A program made the position numbers and the translations under genes. From IMG/VR virus record IMGVR_UViG_3300042569_002957, positions 7,173-71,172 of that record: DNA of 64,000 bases, one strand, 5' to 3'. Below, one piece after another: positions 37,435-46,811 of this stretch. This DNA is from a virus (Duplodnaviria; Caudoviricetes). How positions within the stretch are numbered: position 1 is the stretch's first letter; every line of letters begins with the position of its first letter. The notes beneath the pieces are model-generated. The model saw only the letters and a program-made list of their open reading frames with translations. It made no database searches and was not told where the DNA came from.

Positions 37435-38196
37435 CTATATTGTGATTGGTTGATTGAGAGCTGATGTGGTTCTATTATAAGGTTCGGACTTGCCGAGACC
37501 AAGATCAAAGAAAATCTCTGTTTCTTCAGGACTTTGATTGGACACGATTGTTTTCTGAACTCGTCCTAGAATATAGGCTGAAACAGCCATATTAGTAGCG
37601 AGCAACTGAGTTCCTCCTGATATCTCAGAACGCTCTTGGCAAGATAGCTCACCAGGATTTTTATCGGGAGGATTATGATACTCTGGATGAAATTCAGCTG
37701 GATGAACAGTTACTTCATGGCCATCTCTTTTTTGATAATGATAAATGGAACCAAATAAATCATCATCATTTCCGCCGGTAAAAACATCAATATTATTGAG
37801 TTTAGACGCGGCATCAAAAAGAATCTTTCGTGCAGCAAAGTTGTCAACGACAGCAAAGACTACATCATCTTCACGTATAAGTTGAGAAGCTGTAATCTTA
37901 GGACTTTCATCGTCAGTAACGCCGGAGTAGTCATCGGCTACTACCCATTTTGCTACAGGTATAATTGTAGTTTTGGGAAATTGGGGAACAAGTTCAGTAG
38001 CCTTTACTACGGCTTTGTTGCCAAGCTTAGTAAAGTCTTGACGTTCTTTATTCTTTTCCTCATAGGTATCACCGTCGACGATGATAAGAGCTGATCCAGG
38101 AAACTTCCATTCAAGAAGTCTAACTAGACCAGCTGCAAGCCAGGTGCCAATGCCGCCTGCTCCAACTAGTACAAAACGCTTAGGTTGTGAGTTCAT
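37435..38196 (-). CDS. ThiF/MoeB-family E1-like activating enzyme
   Basis: VLVGAGGIG, IVDGDTYEEKNKERQ, NKA, AVVDNFAAR, candidate catalytic Cys in ELSCQER, ATNMAVSA. Confidence 0.9.
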   Translation of the reverse strand: MNSQPKRFVLVGAGGIGTWLAAGLVRLLEWKFPGSALIIVDGDTYEEKNKERQDFTKLGNKAVVKATELVPQFPKTTIIPVAKWVVADDYSGVTDDESPKITASQLIREDDVVFAVVDNFAARKILFDAASKLNNIDVFTGGNDDDLFGSIYHYQKRDGHEVTVHPAEFHPEYHNPPDKNPGELSCQERSEISGGTQLLATNMAVSAYILGRVQKTIVSNQSPEETEIFFDLGLGKSEPYNRTTSALNQPITI

Positions 38197-39881
38197 GAAT
38201 TATATGTTTCCTCGTGTGTAGAAAAAGTGTATTCAGTAAATAGATTGCAATCAACTCCGTCAATGGAATCTATATATTTATCTTTGATGCCTGAAAGATC
38301 GTTACTTGACTTAAACTCTACAATAGCCTTAGCATATTGAGGGCAAGTTGTATCGTAATAAAAATTGCACATCTCACAAGCTGCATTGGGAGCATAAATA
38401 GATTCTTTGCCCAGGAAATGATCAAAATCTAAAGAATCATAAGTAAGAACCTGTTGAGGGCACATGCAATTTTCAGGATTCATGTTACAGCAAAGAGTTT
38501 GCTTAGTGTTAATATCTGCAACATGCTGATCTATATCAACTTGCTGATCCATATCAATCCAACAAGATTCAGAGTAAACATCCATTGTGTCTGGAGTAAG
38601 TCTGAGTAACATAGGATTATTATCAGTATCAGCAGTTAGTAGATAGAGAGAAACATTAGTAAGAATATTTCTATCATTACAATACTGGAACATGTCCCAG
38701 ATTATTTGGTCTGCTTGGGTGTCTTGTTCAGATAAGGGTATGTCACAAAAAGTGCAACAACTATTAGCATAGACATCATGCTTAGGAATAATGGAAAAGC
38801 AACCCGGACAATTGTAAGTCTTGTTTTCATGATTGGGAACTACTTCGCAAATTAGTATGCTATCGCCGTCTAGATCTAAAACTTCTTTTGTTATATTTTG
38901 AATATGAGAAGGATAGTCTATGCAATACTTGTTTTTATTCGCTGTACCAGCTACCGTAGACGCTTGATTCTGTTGAGTTGTACTTGGGCGTGGGGTTTGA
39001 TACGGCGCCCCAGTACTGACCGTAACCGAACCCCCCGCTTTGGGGGGGCTGACTTTTTTTACTTTATCGGTCCAAGCTACTACTTCAGGATCAGGAGCTT
39101 TATCAATAGTGTAATCTTCAAAGACATCCTCGATATCAAGCTTATAGGCTTTGCCAGCCATCTGAAGCTCTGCATAATATTGAGTGGCTCCGTTATTAAC
39201 TGATTTCTGCCAGCCAAAGGTAATGTGAATTCCATCAAAGTCTGCTTGATCAGCATGATCTGTACCAGAAGCATAAGCAGACATTCCTGGATGGCTGTGA
39301 ACAGATCCAACAATCATTACGTCATCAGGCTTAACCTGAGCAATGCTGTCAGGATCATAGTTGCAATGAACGGCAGTATTGGTCTGGTCGGGAACAAGAA
39401 TGCCCCATCCTTCTGGGCCTTCTTTAGTGGTGTCATAAGTGAGCATAACAATAGATTCAGATCCATGTTGAGCATCAACGAGTCTAAAGAATTGATCTAG
39501 CTTATCGATTAGAATATTGGGAATGGCAGGCATTGAATATGTAGCTTCTTCTTCAACGTCAGCAAATGCCTCAGGAAAAGCAGGAGCACATACAGAAACT
39601 GTTCTTCCAACAAAGTTATTAACAACGCGATAAATCTGAGAGTTTCTCACGAAGGTAGGAGGAGCGACAGCTAGTGCAGCAGAGGTGGGTTTATTGTAGG
39701 TAGTATTAGCAGGGGGAGTTGCTGGCTTAACTTCCTTGGCTTGATTAGCCAAAAGGTAGTATATATTGAATCCAAAAGATTCTACAATATCACAGATGTC
39801 AGCGCGATCAGCAATAAAGCATGGCAGGCTGTCTTCCATCCAGATAACTGGAAGGTCGTCAAAAGAAATTTGTTCAGACAT
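38193..39881 (-). CDS. JAB/JAMM metallopeptidase (deubiquitinase-like) with Cys-rich C-terminal extension
   Basis: SESIVML (Glu) and VGSVHSHPGMSAYASGTD (HxH-x7-S-x2-D), GIHITFG; several CxxC motifs downstream. Confidence 0.9.
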   Translation of the reverse strand: MSEQISFDDLPVIWMEDSLPCFIADRADICDIVESFGFNIYYLLANQAKEVKPATPPANTTYNKPTSAALAVAPPTFVRNSQIYRVVNNFVGRTVSVCAPAFPEAFADVEEEATYSMPAIPNILIDKLDQFFRLVDAQHGSESIVMLTYDTTKEGPEGWGILVPDQTNTAVHCNYDPDSIAQVKPDDVMIVGSVHSHPGMSAYASGTDHADQADFDGIHITFGWQKSVNNGATQYYAELQMAGKAYKLDIEDVFEDYTIDKAPDPEVVAWTDKVKKVSPPKAGGSVTVSTGAPYQTPRPSTTQQNQASTVAGTANKNKYCIDYPSHIQNITKEVLDLDGDSILICEVVPNHENKTYNCPGCFSIIPKHDVYANSCCTFCDIPLSEQDTQADQIIWDMFQYCNDRNILTNVSLYLLTADTDNNPMLLRLTPDTMDVYSESCWIDMDQQVDIDQHVADINTKQTLCCNMNPENCMCPQQVLTYDSLDFDHFLGKESIYAPNAACEMCNFYYDTTCPQYAKAIVEFKSSNDLSGIKDKYIDSIDGVDCNLFTEYTFSTHEETYNS

Positions 39882-39920
39882 TTTTTCTCCTATTATAATA
39901 ATTTCTAGGTCTTTGATTAA

Positions 39921-41306
39921 TCAAAAAGGTTCTTGGGAATGGTTAGCTAATGCAGTAATACATTGTTGACATATATTAGAATCGTCAGGACTGCTCAGCA
40001 TGAAGGTATAAAAATCATCATGATCAGAATACATTCCATCGCCACAACTTACACAATACTTATAATCTGCAAAATGAACTAAAGAATCGGCATATACATA
40101 TACTTCGCTGCGATTAAGCCATGTAAGACTATCATTGTCATGATAACATCCAGTATTTTTGGCTAATGAAAAATGCTCTTCTAAACAATCTTGACAAATA
40201 TAAGATGAGTTATAAGTAACATGTGGAGTTTCGTTTTGTTCAGAATAAGTTTCACTACAGCATTCGCAATACCATGAATTTTCATCATCCTCAAATGGCT
40301 GTTCGTCATCTTGGTTGACAGGAAAAGCAGGAGGTGCTAAAGAAAGATTTTCTTTAACTGATAAACTACTGGAGTATGGATCAATGGATAATTGGGATTT
40401 AGAAGATTCATTATAAGATTTGGTAAACCATTGAAAAACTAAATTAGAATCTAAAGAATAATCTGATCTAGCAATACGATTGACAGGCTTAGGTATTAGA
40501 TCATCATGGTAATAACACTTGTAATTACCTATGATAGCATCAGCAAATGTCAGAGGTTGGCCGTCAGAGTAATGCATGTCTTGATTATCTTTATCTTTGA
40601 CTAAGATAGGAATCCAAAGATCGGGATCTAATGTCCATTCAAAATTCTCTTCGTCAGATTTATCTTCCCACATTTGTGGATTAGTCAAGTATTCAGGCTT
40701 TGAATGGTCACGATATAAACGAGGACCATCAGTCTCACTCATATTCTGATCGTTATAAGCTTCTGTGCCGGAGCATCGATCTAATACTTTAATAAGTTTT
40801 TCGTTAAATGGATAGTGAGATACATCTTCGTTATGATATAAGCAAATCCATCCAACACTATTGCCTCTGTAACCTTTGCAGTTAATGTTAGGGAGATTAA
40901 CGTGATAAAGAGGAGTCTGGGGATGAGTAATAGGTGTTAAGCTGTAATAAGTTCTAGCGCCATATATATTGCCATTAAGTAGATCAGCTACAACGATTCG
41001 ATAAGGTTGAGCAACGTAATACTTTTTAGCATCTCGATCTCCCTCAAAAGAACCCCAGTTAATATAGTATTTACCTGGAGCATACTGGTAAGCAATTTGA
41101 GTATGATTGCCAGCTGTTCTAATTGACAACAGTCCAGTGCCATCTACGGGCAACAGGCCAGTATCAAAATAAGCTGATTGAGAAAATGTAGTATAGAATG
41201 ATGCAATGTCTTTATCTGTTACATGGTCTAAGCCAAAAGAATTAACACTAGAGCGAAATACAAGATTGCCTTGGTCAGTGGTAAATGCATAGTTAACATT
41301 TTTCAT
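39921..41306 (-). CDS. Prokaryotic E2 (Prok-E2_D-like) protein, paralogue 1, with C-terminal zinc-finger-like repeats
   Basis: YQYAPG...VAQPYRIVV...LYHVNLPNINCKGYRGNSVGWICL; CECC...CQDC and CVSC...CQQC. Confidence 0.75.
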   Translation of the reverse strand: MKNVNYAFTTDQGNLVFRSSVNSFGLDHVTDKDIASFYTTFSQSAYFDTGLLPVDGTGLLSIRTAGNHTQIAYQYAPGKYYINWGSFEGDRDAKKYYVAQPYRIVVADLLNGNIYGARTYYSLTPITHPQTPLYHVNLPNINCKGYRGNSVGWICLYHNEDVSHYPFNEKLIKVLDRCSGTEAYNDQNMSETDGPRLYRDHSKPEYLTNPQMWEDKSDEENFEWTLDPDLWIPILVKDKDNQDMHYSDGQPLTFADAIIGNYKCYYHDDLIPKPVNRIARSDYSLDSNLVFQWFTKSYNESSKSQLSIDPYSSSLSVKENLSLAPPAFPVNQDDEQPFEDDENSWYCECCSETYSEQNETPHVTYNSSYICQDCLEEHFSLAKNTGCYHDNDSLTWLNRSEVYVYADSLVHFADYKYCVSCGDGMYSDHDDFYTFMLSSPDDSNICQQCITALANHSQEPF

Positions 41307-41338
41307 ATTAATTAAAATCCTATTCGAATATAATAAAT

Positions 41339-41743
41339 TTAATCTTCTAAGTCTTTGAATATATCTTCAATGCTGGCATCGATTTCTTTAGAGAAATCAC
41401 CAAAGGTAGAAGTGAACCAGTGAGGCTGATTAGATAAGGTGTTAATAACACCTAGTTTGTTTTCTAGTTGGGAATGTATTTCAACTAGTTCTGATAATCG
41501 AGCAAGAGCTTTTGATAGCTTTTTGAGATCATTTTTTTTAGCACCAATCATAATAATCTGTTTAAGAACAGGATAATTATTTACGTAAAATTTTTCAGAT
41601 TCAACAATAGCCTCAATGCGTTCAGATAAAGAATCATAATCAGATTGTATATCTTCACGAGCTTTATCTACGAGCGAAAAAGAAAAATTAAAAGTATCCA
41701 TTGTAATCTTGGATGAAGGCGGAACGCTTTCAGGATAAGTCAT
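41339..41743 (-). CDS. Hypothetical helical protein
   Basis: 134-aa ORF. Confidence 0.6.
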   Translation of the reverse strand: MTYPESVPPSSKITMDTFNFSFSLVDKAREDIQSDYDSLSERIEAIVESEKFYVNNYPVLKQIIMIGAKKNDLKKLSKALARLSELVEIHSQLENKLGVINTLSNQPHWFTSTFGDFSKEIDASIEDIFKDLED

Positions 41744-42002
41744 TTTTTAATCCTTTAGATTTTTTACGAAGTACAAGAAAATCTTTAACTTCTAATATAG
41801 ACCACCAAACTGTGGCAGATCCTATCGCCATTTTTGTAAGAACTCTAGCTAGATATTGTTCGTCCATAGTTGAGCCAAGGGATCCGGGAGATAAGCCTTG
41901 GATATCAAAATAAGAATCTTCAAGAAAAGAATTAATTTTTAACTGCAACTGCTGTTTTTTCTGTTGACGTTTTATCTTTCTTGTCATTTTTGAAATCTCC
42001 AA
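41730..42002 (-). CDS. Hypothetical basic protein
   Basis: Operon packing; start uncertain. Confidence 0.5.
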   Translation of the reverse strand: MEISKMTRKIKRQQKKQQLQLKINSFLEDSYFDIQGLSPGSLGSTMDEQYLARVLTKMAIGSATVWWSILEVKDFLVLRKKSKGLKNDLS

Positions 42003-42153
42003 AATCAGTCGGTGTAATATGAGTGAACAAACTAGAGATAATAATATCTAACTGTTTTTGTGAGTTTTCTTGATGCGAGTTTTTATTTAATTTTTTATTA
42101 AATATTTTCGCAGATAAACCAGCTAGGATAAATGGCAAAATTAACAGGTGCAT
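41932..42153 (-). CDS. Small protein with N-terminal hydrophobic anchor
   Basis: MHLLILPFILAGLSA. Confidence 0.5.
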   Translation of the reverse strand: MHLLILPFILAGLSAKIFNKKLNKNSHQENSQKQLDIIISSLFTHITPTDFGDFKNDKKDKTSTEKTAVAVKN

Positions 42154-42596
42154 AACATAATGTCCTTCTTTGCGGAACGATATTTTTTACCGTCATTACC
42201 AATAAAGTTAAATAATATTTCACCTAGAGCTAGAGCAATCAAAGCTAGAGGTGAAACTACTTTAAATATAAAATTAAGAATAACAAGAAGGAAAGCTGTG
42301 ATGAAACCAGTAACAGGTCCCATCAATGCAACTTTCATTTTTGATTTATTGGATAAACCTTTAACTTTGGTAAACGCTATAGCTATAAAAGGTAAAGGAA
42401 TAAAAACAGGAAGAGTAACTTCTGCTCCTAATTTTTTAGCCATAAAGTAATGAGCTAGCTCATGCACTAGAAGAACTGCAAGAGCAATGAAGATAAACGG
42501 AGTAGGTATGAGAGTGTAATTAATTGCAGCTATGGCAGCAAGACTAGACACTGTCCAAAATAGTTTGGGTATCTTTTTAAAGAATTTATTTTTCAT
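42141..42596 (-). CDS. Minimal M50 (site-2 protease/SpoIVFB-like) intramembrane metalloprotease
   Basis: TM-embedded LLVHELAHY (HExxH), VALMGP, and FNFIGNDG as the third-ligand motif. Confidence 0.75.
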   Translation of the reverse strand: MKNKFFKKIPKLFWTVSSLAAIAAINYTLIPTPFIFIALAVLLVHELAHYFMAKKLGAEVTLPVFIPLPFIAIAFTKVKGLSNKSKMKVALMGPVTGFITAFLLVILNFIFKVVSPLALIALALGEILFNFIGNDGKKYRSAKKDIMLCTC

Positions 42597-43344
42597 TAGA
42601 ATACAAACCTATCTGCGCACCAAAAGTTTCTTTAAGAGTCTCAAGAAGACCCTCTTGTGAAATGGTGGCCAGGATTGAGCCATAAGCTTTATCTGCGTAG
42701 TCATTGATGACTGGATTATTTAAATTGGTAATGTCAATAACATATGAAGGATCAATAAGGTCTGGATTAAGATCCATTCCTAAACGGTTACCAAGTTGTT
42801 GGTAAATAGCTCTATCAATTGTCAAAGAATGATGACAGATATTAAGAGATGTGTGGTAAAATATCTTAATGTGATCGTCAACATTTTCAAACTCTAGTGC
42901 TTCAAGAAGATTCTTTATAGAAAAAGATTGGTCTTCTTTATCTGGGTTATATCCAAGAATATTATCCATAAGACTAATGAATAAAAGCCTCTGAATAATT
43001 AAAGCTTCTGTTCTATAATAAGTATTTATTAAAGAGAAATCTCCATTAGATAATTTATCTAGAACAACTGAAACTGATTTGTCAAAAGTTGGAGATTGTA
43101 TCTTAGTAAAGAAACGAGAAGTAGCTCCATGAAGACCTGTAGCTAAACGAATCTTATTTTCATCTAATAAGTTTTCAGAAGAAGTTTGTAGTACGCTTAG
43201 TAGATCTTTGTGTTGAGAAAGAAAATCATCAACAGTTGATTTTTGCTTATTGCTATGATCTTTAATTTCTTCTAAATCTGGAGAAGAAATATCTTCTTCA
43301 GGATCGTATTCAAATAGGTCGCTATCATTACTGAGGTAAGTCAT
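42586..43344 (-). CDS. Hypothetical protein
   Basis: 252-aa ORF. Confidence 0.65.
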   Translation of the reverse strand: MTYLSNDSDLFEYDPEEDISSPDLEEIKDHSNKQKSTVDDFLSQHKDLLSVLQTSSENLLDENKIRLATGLHGATSRFFTKIQSPTFDKSVSVVLDKLSNGDFSLINTYYRTEALIIQRLLFISLMDNILGYNPDKEDQSFSIKNLLEALEFENVDDHIKIFYHTSLNICHHSLTIDRAIYQQLGNRLGMDLNPDLIDPSYVIDITNLNNPVINDYADKAYGSILATISQEGLLETLKETFGAQIGLYSNEK

Positions 43345-43379
43345 AGGAATAGATTTCTTTCATAAAGATTGTCTGCAAA

Positions 43380-43652
43380 TTATTCATTAGCGTCAAAGGT
43401 AATCTTTGACTTAATGCTTTGAGTGCACTCCAAAAGTGTGCCAGACAATTGAGCTAGTGAGGATATGATATCTAAAATTTCTTTTAGCTGCTTAGAGTCT
43501 ATGTTTTTATTGTTAGATATTGATTGGAGTCTTTTTTGTATTTTCAATATTTCAGAGACATTGTCATTACACTGAATAACTATTGAAGTTACATTATTAA
43601 TAGAGGAATTGATAGAAGAGTATTCTTCATCAAAGTATTGAAGTGGATCCAT
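43380..43652 (-). CDS. Hypothetical coiled-coil protein
   Basis: ATG lies only 3 nt past the tRNA-Ile discriminator. Confidence 0.55.
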   Translation of the reverse strand: MDPLQYFDEEYSSINSSINNVTSIVIQCNDNVSEILKIQKRLQSISNNKNIDSKQLKEILDIISSLAQLSGTLLECTQSIKSKITFDANE

Positions 43653-43654
43653 AG

Positions 43655-43726
43655 TACCCCCGCGGAGAGTTGAACTCCGTTAAACACTTTATAAGAGTGT
43701 TGTCTTAACCGGTAGACGACAGGGGC
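43655..43726 (-). tRNA. tRNA-Ile(TAT)
   Basis: GCCCCTG acceptor; ACACT-CT-TAT-AA-AGTGT anticodon arm; CGGAG-TTCAACT-CTCCG T-arm; A73. Confidence 0.88.
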
Positions 43727-43735
43727 TAGAAGAGT

Positions 43736-43996
43736 TTAGATTTCTTCTAGCCCACGTATTCGATTGAATGTAATAGATTGAACATCAGAGATTTCAATTC
43801 CCATCATAGTGGGAACTGAATTTGAGTTATTAGAATACAAAAGATAAAAGGGTCCAGTATGTTCAGGCCACTCTGCGTTATCTTCTGCATAGTCGAGATT
43901 ATCAAAAAAATGAGCTAATCCTTTTTGATCAAATAAAAATCCAGATCGATTCTTATCTAAGATCATAGGATCATCATTAGCTAAATCAATAATCAT
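43736..43996 (-). CDS. Hypothetical protein
   Basis: Operon packing. Confidence 0.6.
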   Translation of the reverse strand: MIIDLANDDPMILDKNRSGFLFDQKGLAHFFDNLDYAEDNAEWPEHTGPFYLLYSNNSNSVPTMMGIEISDVQSITFNRIRGLEEI

Positions 43997-43998
43997 TA

Positions 43999-44475
43999 TT
44001 ATTCTCCGGGAAGAAAAGATCTAAGTGCGATCTCTTCAGACTTATGGGATTGGCTGGGACAAAGCTCTAGTATAGCAGCATTTACAATTGAAAAGTGCAT
44101 ACGAGCATCGTCGTTATCAATGGCGCCTTCATGGATTCTGCTAATAACATCATCGGGCTGCATGCCATCTATCAATAGATCACACCACTGCTCACCGAAT
44201 TCCATAATAACTTGATCAGAAACTGGTGGAGTTCCCTGATAAAAAAACTCAACAGTTTGAATATAAGTATTATTGACTGTTCCAGAAAATGATGGAATAA
44301 TTTGTGGATCAGTAATAACTACAGTAACATTGGTGGGGCGCATAGGTTTCAAGGTAGTAGTTGTATCACTTTGAGTAACTGCGCAGCCAGTTAAAAGTAT
44401 AATAGCTGCTATAAGAAAAAATAAAACAGCAACGGCATAAAGAATTTTATTTAAAATAGAATCAATCTTGTTCAC
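43999..44475 (-). CDS. Lipoprotein with DUF732-like domain
   Basis: Lipobox LLTGC; FGEQWCDLL..G...IVNAAILELCP. Confidence 0.65.
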   Translation of the reverse strand: MNKIDSILNKILYAVAVLFFLIAAIILLTGCAVTQSDTTTTLKPMRPTNVTVVITDPQIIPSFSGTVNNTYIQTVEFFYQGTPPVSDQVIMEFGEQWCDLLIDGMQPDDVISRIHEGAIDNDDARMHFSIVNAAILELCPSQSHKSEEIALRSFLPGE

Positions 44476-44962
44476 TGTAAACTTCCTTAGCTAAGTATTT
44501 TTTCATTTTGTGGATGGCAACAATGATGCTATCAATAATAGCACCTTCGGGTTCAGCTTCAACTTCTTCAATAGGTTTGCCCATAATCTGATATGAATTT
44601 AAAATATTTTCACCACTGAGATAAGTGAAAGAACGAACTCGCATTCTCTCAGGATGCTTAGATGGACGAGTGGGTTCTCCATATTCATCATATTCATATT
44701 CACTATAGGGAGCTGCCCATCCATGGACTACAAACATAGCTGCACCATGGTAGCCGTGGACGACGAGCGTTGGGATTAAATCATATGGGTCCTGATAAGA
44801 TTCTTCAATAGAATTCCATTGAGAAGAATCATAATCCCAGAACCAAACGGAAGCGGGACTATCCCATCCATTTGTTTTAGTATATTCTGAAGAAAAAGAA
44901 TTAAAGATATCTAAAAGTGGATTCATATAATTATCCTTTAGTTTTTTGTTTTCTTTTTGCAA
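44462..44962 (-). CDS. Hypothetical protein
   Basis: VVHGWAAP...PSKHPERMRVR. Confidence 0.65.
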   Translation of the reverse strand: MQKENKKLKDNYMNPLLDIFNSFSSEYTKTNGWDSPASVWFWDYDSSQWNSIEESYQDPYDLIPTLVVHGYHGAAMFVVHGWAAPYSEYEYDEYGEPTRPSKHPERMRVRSFTYLSGENILNSYQIMGKPIEEVEAEPEGAIIDSIIVAIHKMKKYLAKEVYSEQD

Positions 44963-45365
44963 GAAATAATTTAAATTTGTACCAAAGAATTGAATTTTCT
45001 ATTTCGTCATAATAGGCAGAAAGGTTTTTAGTGTTACCTTTATCCCAAGATTTTTCAAGGTCACGGTCTCTGAAAAATTCATAAGATTTAATGTATATAA
45101 AATAGACTACGAATAGAACTAGAGAAATATGGAGTAATGGACGTAACCAGTAATTTTCCCAAGCAGAGAAAAAAAGTTTTAAAAAAAGTGAAAAAATTAA
45201 CAAGTATGCTATAATCCATACAAAATTAACAACTTTAATGCGGAGCCATTTCCACCAATAATGTTCACCTTTTATGTCGTAGAAGGGACGAGGATATCCC
45301 GTCAATGCACCAAAATGGTCGGCTTCCTTTTCTGTATAAGTCCACCATTTTTTATGAGTACTCAT
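44931..45365 (-). CDS. Membrane protein (2 TM)
   Basis: Two hydrophobic segments. Confidence 0.6.
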   Translation of the reverse strand: MSTHKKWWTYTEKEADHFGALTGYPRPFYDIKGEHYWWKWLRIKVVNFVWIIAYLLIFSLFLKLFFSAWENYWLRPLLHISLVLFVVYFIYIKSYEFFRDRDLEKSWDKGNTKNLSAYYDEIENSILWYKFKLFLAKRKQKTKG

Positions 45366-45613
45366 AAATAATCCTTATCAATGGTTTTTTTTTCGCGACG
45401 TTTTTTGAGGGTTTCTTCTATGATACATTGAATCAAAAAACAAACAGTAAAAGTTGTTGGCGACAACCAGCCCCAGATAGGGGGTTTGGGGTGGCCTTTT
45501 CCATCCAATGTATCTATGTTTGTCAGATAAAAAAACAAGTACAATCCCACCCAAAACAACAATAAAGTTCCTATAAACTGAATAATGGGAAAGATTCTTT
45601 TAAGAGTATTCAT
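45362..45613 (-). CDS. Small membrane protein
   Basis: Two hydrophobic segments. Confidence 0.6.
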   Translation of the reverse strand: MNTLKRIFPIIQFIGTLLLFWVGLYLFFYLTNIDTLDGKGHPKPPIWGWLSPTTFTVCFLIQCIIEETLKKRREKKTIDKDYL

Positions 45614-45626
45614 AAGTAACTCTTAA

Positions 45627-45848
45627 CTATCCCGTAGGGTGTTGAGCTTTAATGTCTATATTCAAAATTGAATCATTGACGGGCATTAAATTAGAGTCAC
45701 TATTGTGGAACAAGCATTTTTCAGCATCAACCATTGCATCAATTAAGGTATTGATTTGAATGTTTATTCCAGTTACGGGCTGGTTTTGCTCTTGTTCATA
45801 AGACAAAATGTCATAAGTATCTCTAGTGGTCATTGCAAAATCTCTCAT
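45627..45848 (-). CDS. Hypothetical protein
   Basis: ATGA overlap. Confidence 0.5.
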   Translation of the reverse strand: MRDFAMTTRDTYDILSYEQEQNQPVTGINIQINTLIDAMVDAEKCLFHNSDSNLMPVNDSILNIDIKAQHPTG

Positions 45849-46273
45849 TCATTAAATTTATATTCTTGTTCGGGACAAAAGTTAATGACGGCGGATGCTG
45901 TAACATTAATAAGCAGTTCCTCTACTGCAGCATCACCTTCAGATGATGAGACAATTGCGTCAAGTGCATCGTAGCCAGTCATGCCGCTGCGCAAACCATC
46001 GCAAACCGCATATCCTGTGTCAATCAGGTCTTGGTCTTCAAGGTAGATGGGACCAGTGTTTTCATTGTAGATGTCTGCAATGAACTCGTCTTCGTCTGTC
46101 CATGTGACTGGCGGAGCATAAGTGTCCATTGGTGAGGTGGCAATTGGTGCGTCAGTTGTCTTGACAACCTTGACTGTTGTCTCAGGCGCTTCAGTGCTGG
46201 TGACGTATACAGTCTTGCTGCCGCAAGCTGTAAGTGTTAATAAAATAGATGTGGCTATAATAATTTTTTTCAT
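45845..46273 (-). CDS. Lipoprotein with DUF732-like domain
   Basis: Lipobox LTLTAC; Thr-rich linker; LIDTGYAVCDGLRSG...SAVINFCPE. Confidence 0.75.
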   Translation of the reverse strand: MKKIIIATSILLTLTACGSKTVYVTSTEAPETTVKVVKTTDAPIATSPMDTYAPPVTWTDEDEFIADIYNENTGPIYLEDQDLIDTGYAVCDGLRSGMTGYDALDAIVSSSEGDAAVEELLINVTASAVINFCPEQEYKFNE

Positions 46274-46387
46274 TTTGTATTTATCCTTTCAAGATAAAAG
46301 TAGTAGTCGTGTTGGAGATATGGGTCCACTAACATTATACACGATTTTTCGTTCCCCCAATGGTTTGGGGATATTAGCTACTACTAG

Positions 46388-46459
46388 AGCCGGATCTCAG
46401 GATTGAACTGAGGACCTACGCATTACAAGTGCGTTGCTCTACCACTGAGCTAACCCGGC
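46388..46459 (-). tRNA. tRNA-Thr(TGT)
   Basis: GCCGGGT acceptor; ACGCA-CT-TGT-AA-TGCGT; TTCAAT T-loop. Confidence 0.95.
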
Positions 46460-46579
46460 GTTAAGCCATTGAATTGTATTGTCTGCAGGTTTTTACTTCT
46501 TATAACACTCACCACAAATGGAATCTGATTATAAAAAATAATTACTTTACGACAAGCACCCAATGGCTTCAAGGATAGA

Positions 46580-46711
46580 CTACTTAGTGTATGGCGTATC
46601 TTTAGTGTCGTCTTTATTGTCCTGAGGCTTAGACTCAGTCGGCTTTGGAGGGTTAGGTTTAGTAACTTCTGCATTGCCTTTAAAGATTTTTCTAAATTTT
46701 GCGAGTGACAT
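46580..46711 (-). CDS. Small Lys/Pro-rich protein (43 aa, not in ORF track)
   Basis: AAGGAG RBS, MSLAKFRKIFKG... Confidence 0.55.
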   Translation of the reverse strand: MSLAKFRKIFKGNAEVTKPNPPKPTESKPQDNKDDTKDTPYTK

Positions 46712-46811
46712 TTTCGTCTCCTTGAAGGGTGGGCATTAACATGATACGAATGATATGTGTCCGTAGTTGATTTAACCATTCTTATTTTTAGGGTTTCATA
46801 TTAATGCCCAG

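Noticed and set aside
35467-41306. CBASS, Bil or ThiS/MoaD cofactor-biosynthesis interpretation of the E1/E2/JAB genes
   Set aside because: No CD-NTase, effector, thi or moa genes nearby. Cys-bearing E2s and a KG-ending Ubl fit PRTRC-like conjugation better, though a sulfur-carrier role is not formally excluded.
46450-46779. 109-aa ORF from the track
   Set aside because: Overlaps tRNA-Thr and has no RBS; a 43-aa ORF in another frame (46580-46711) has a strong AAGGAG RBS.
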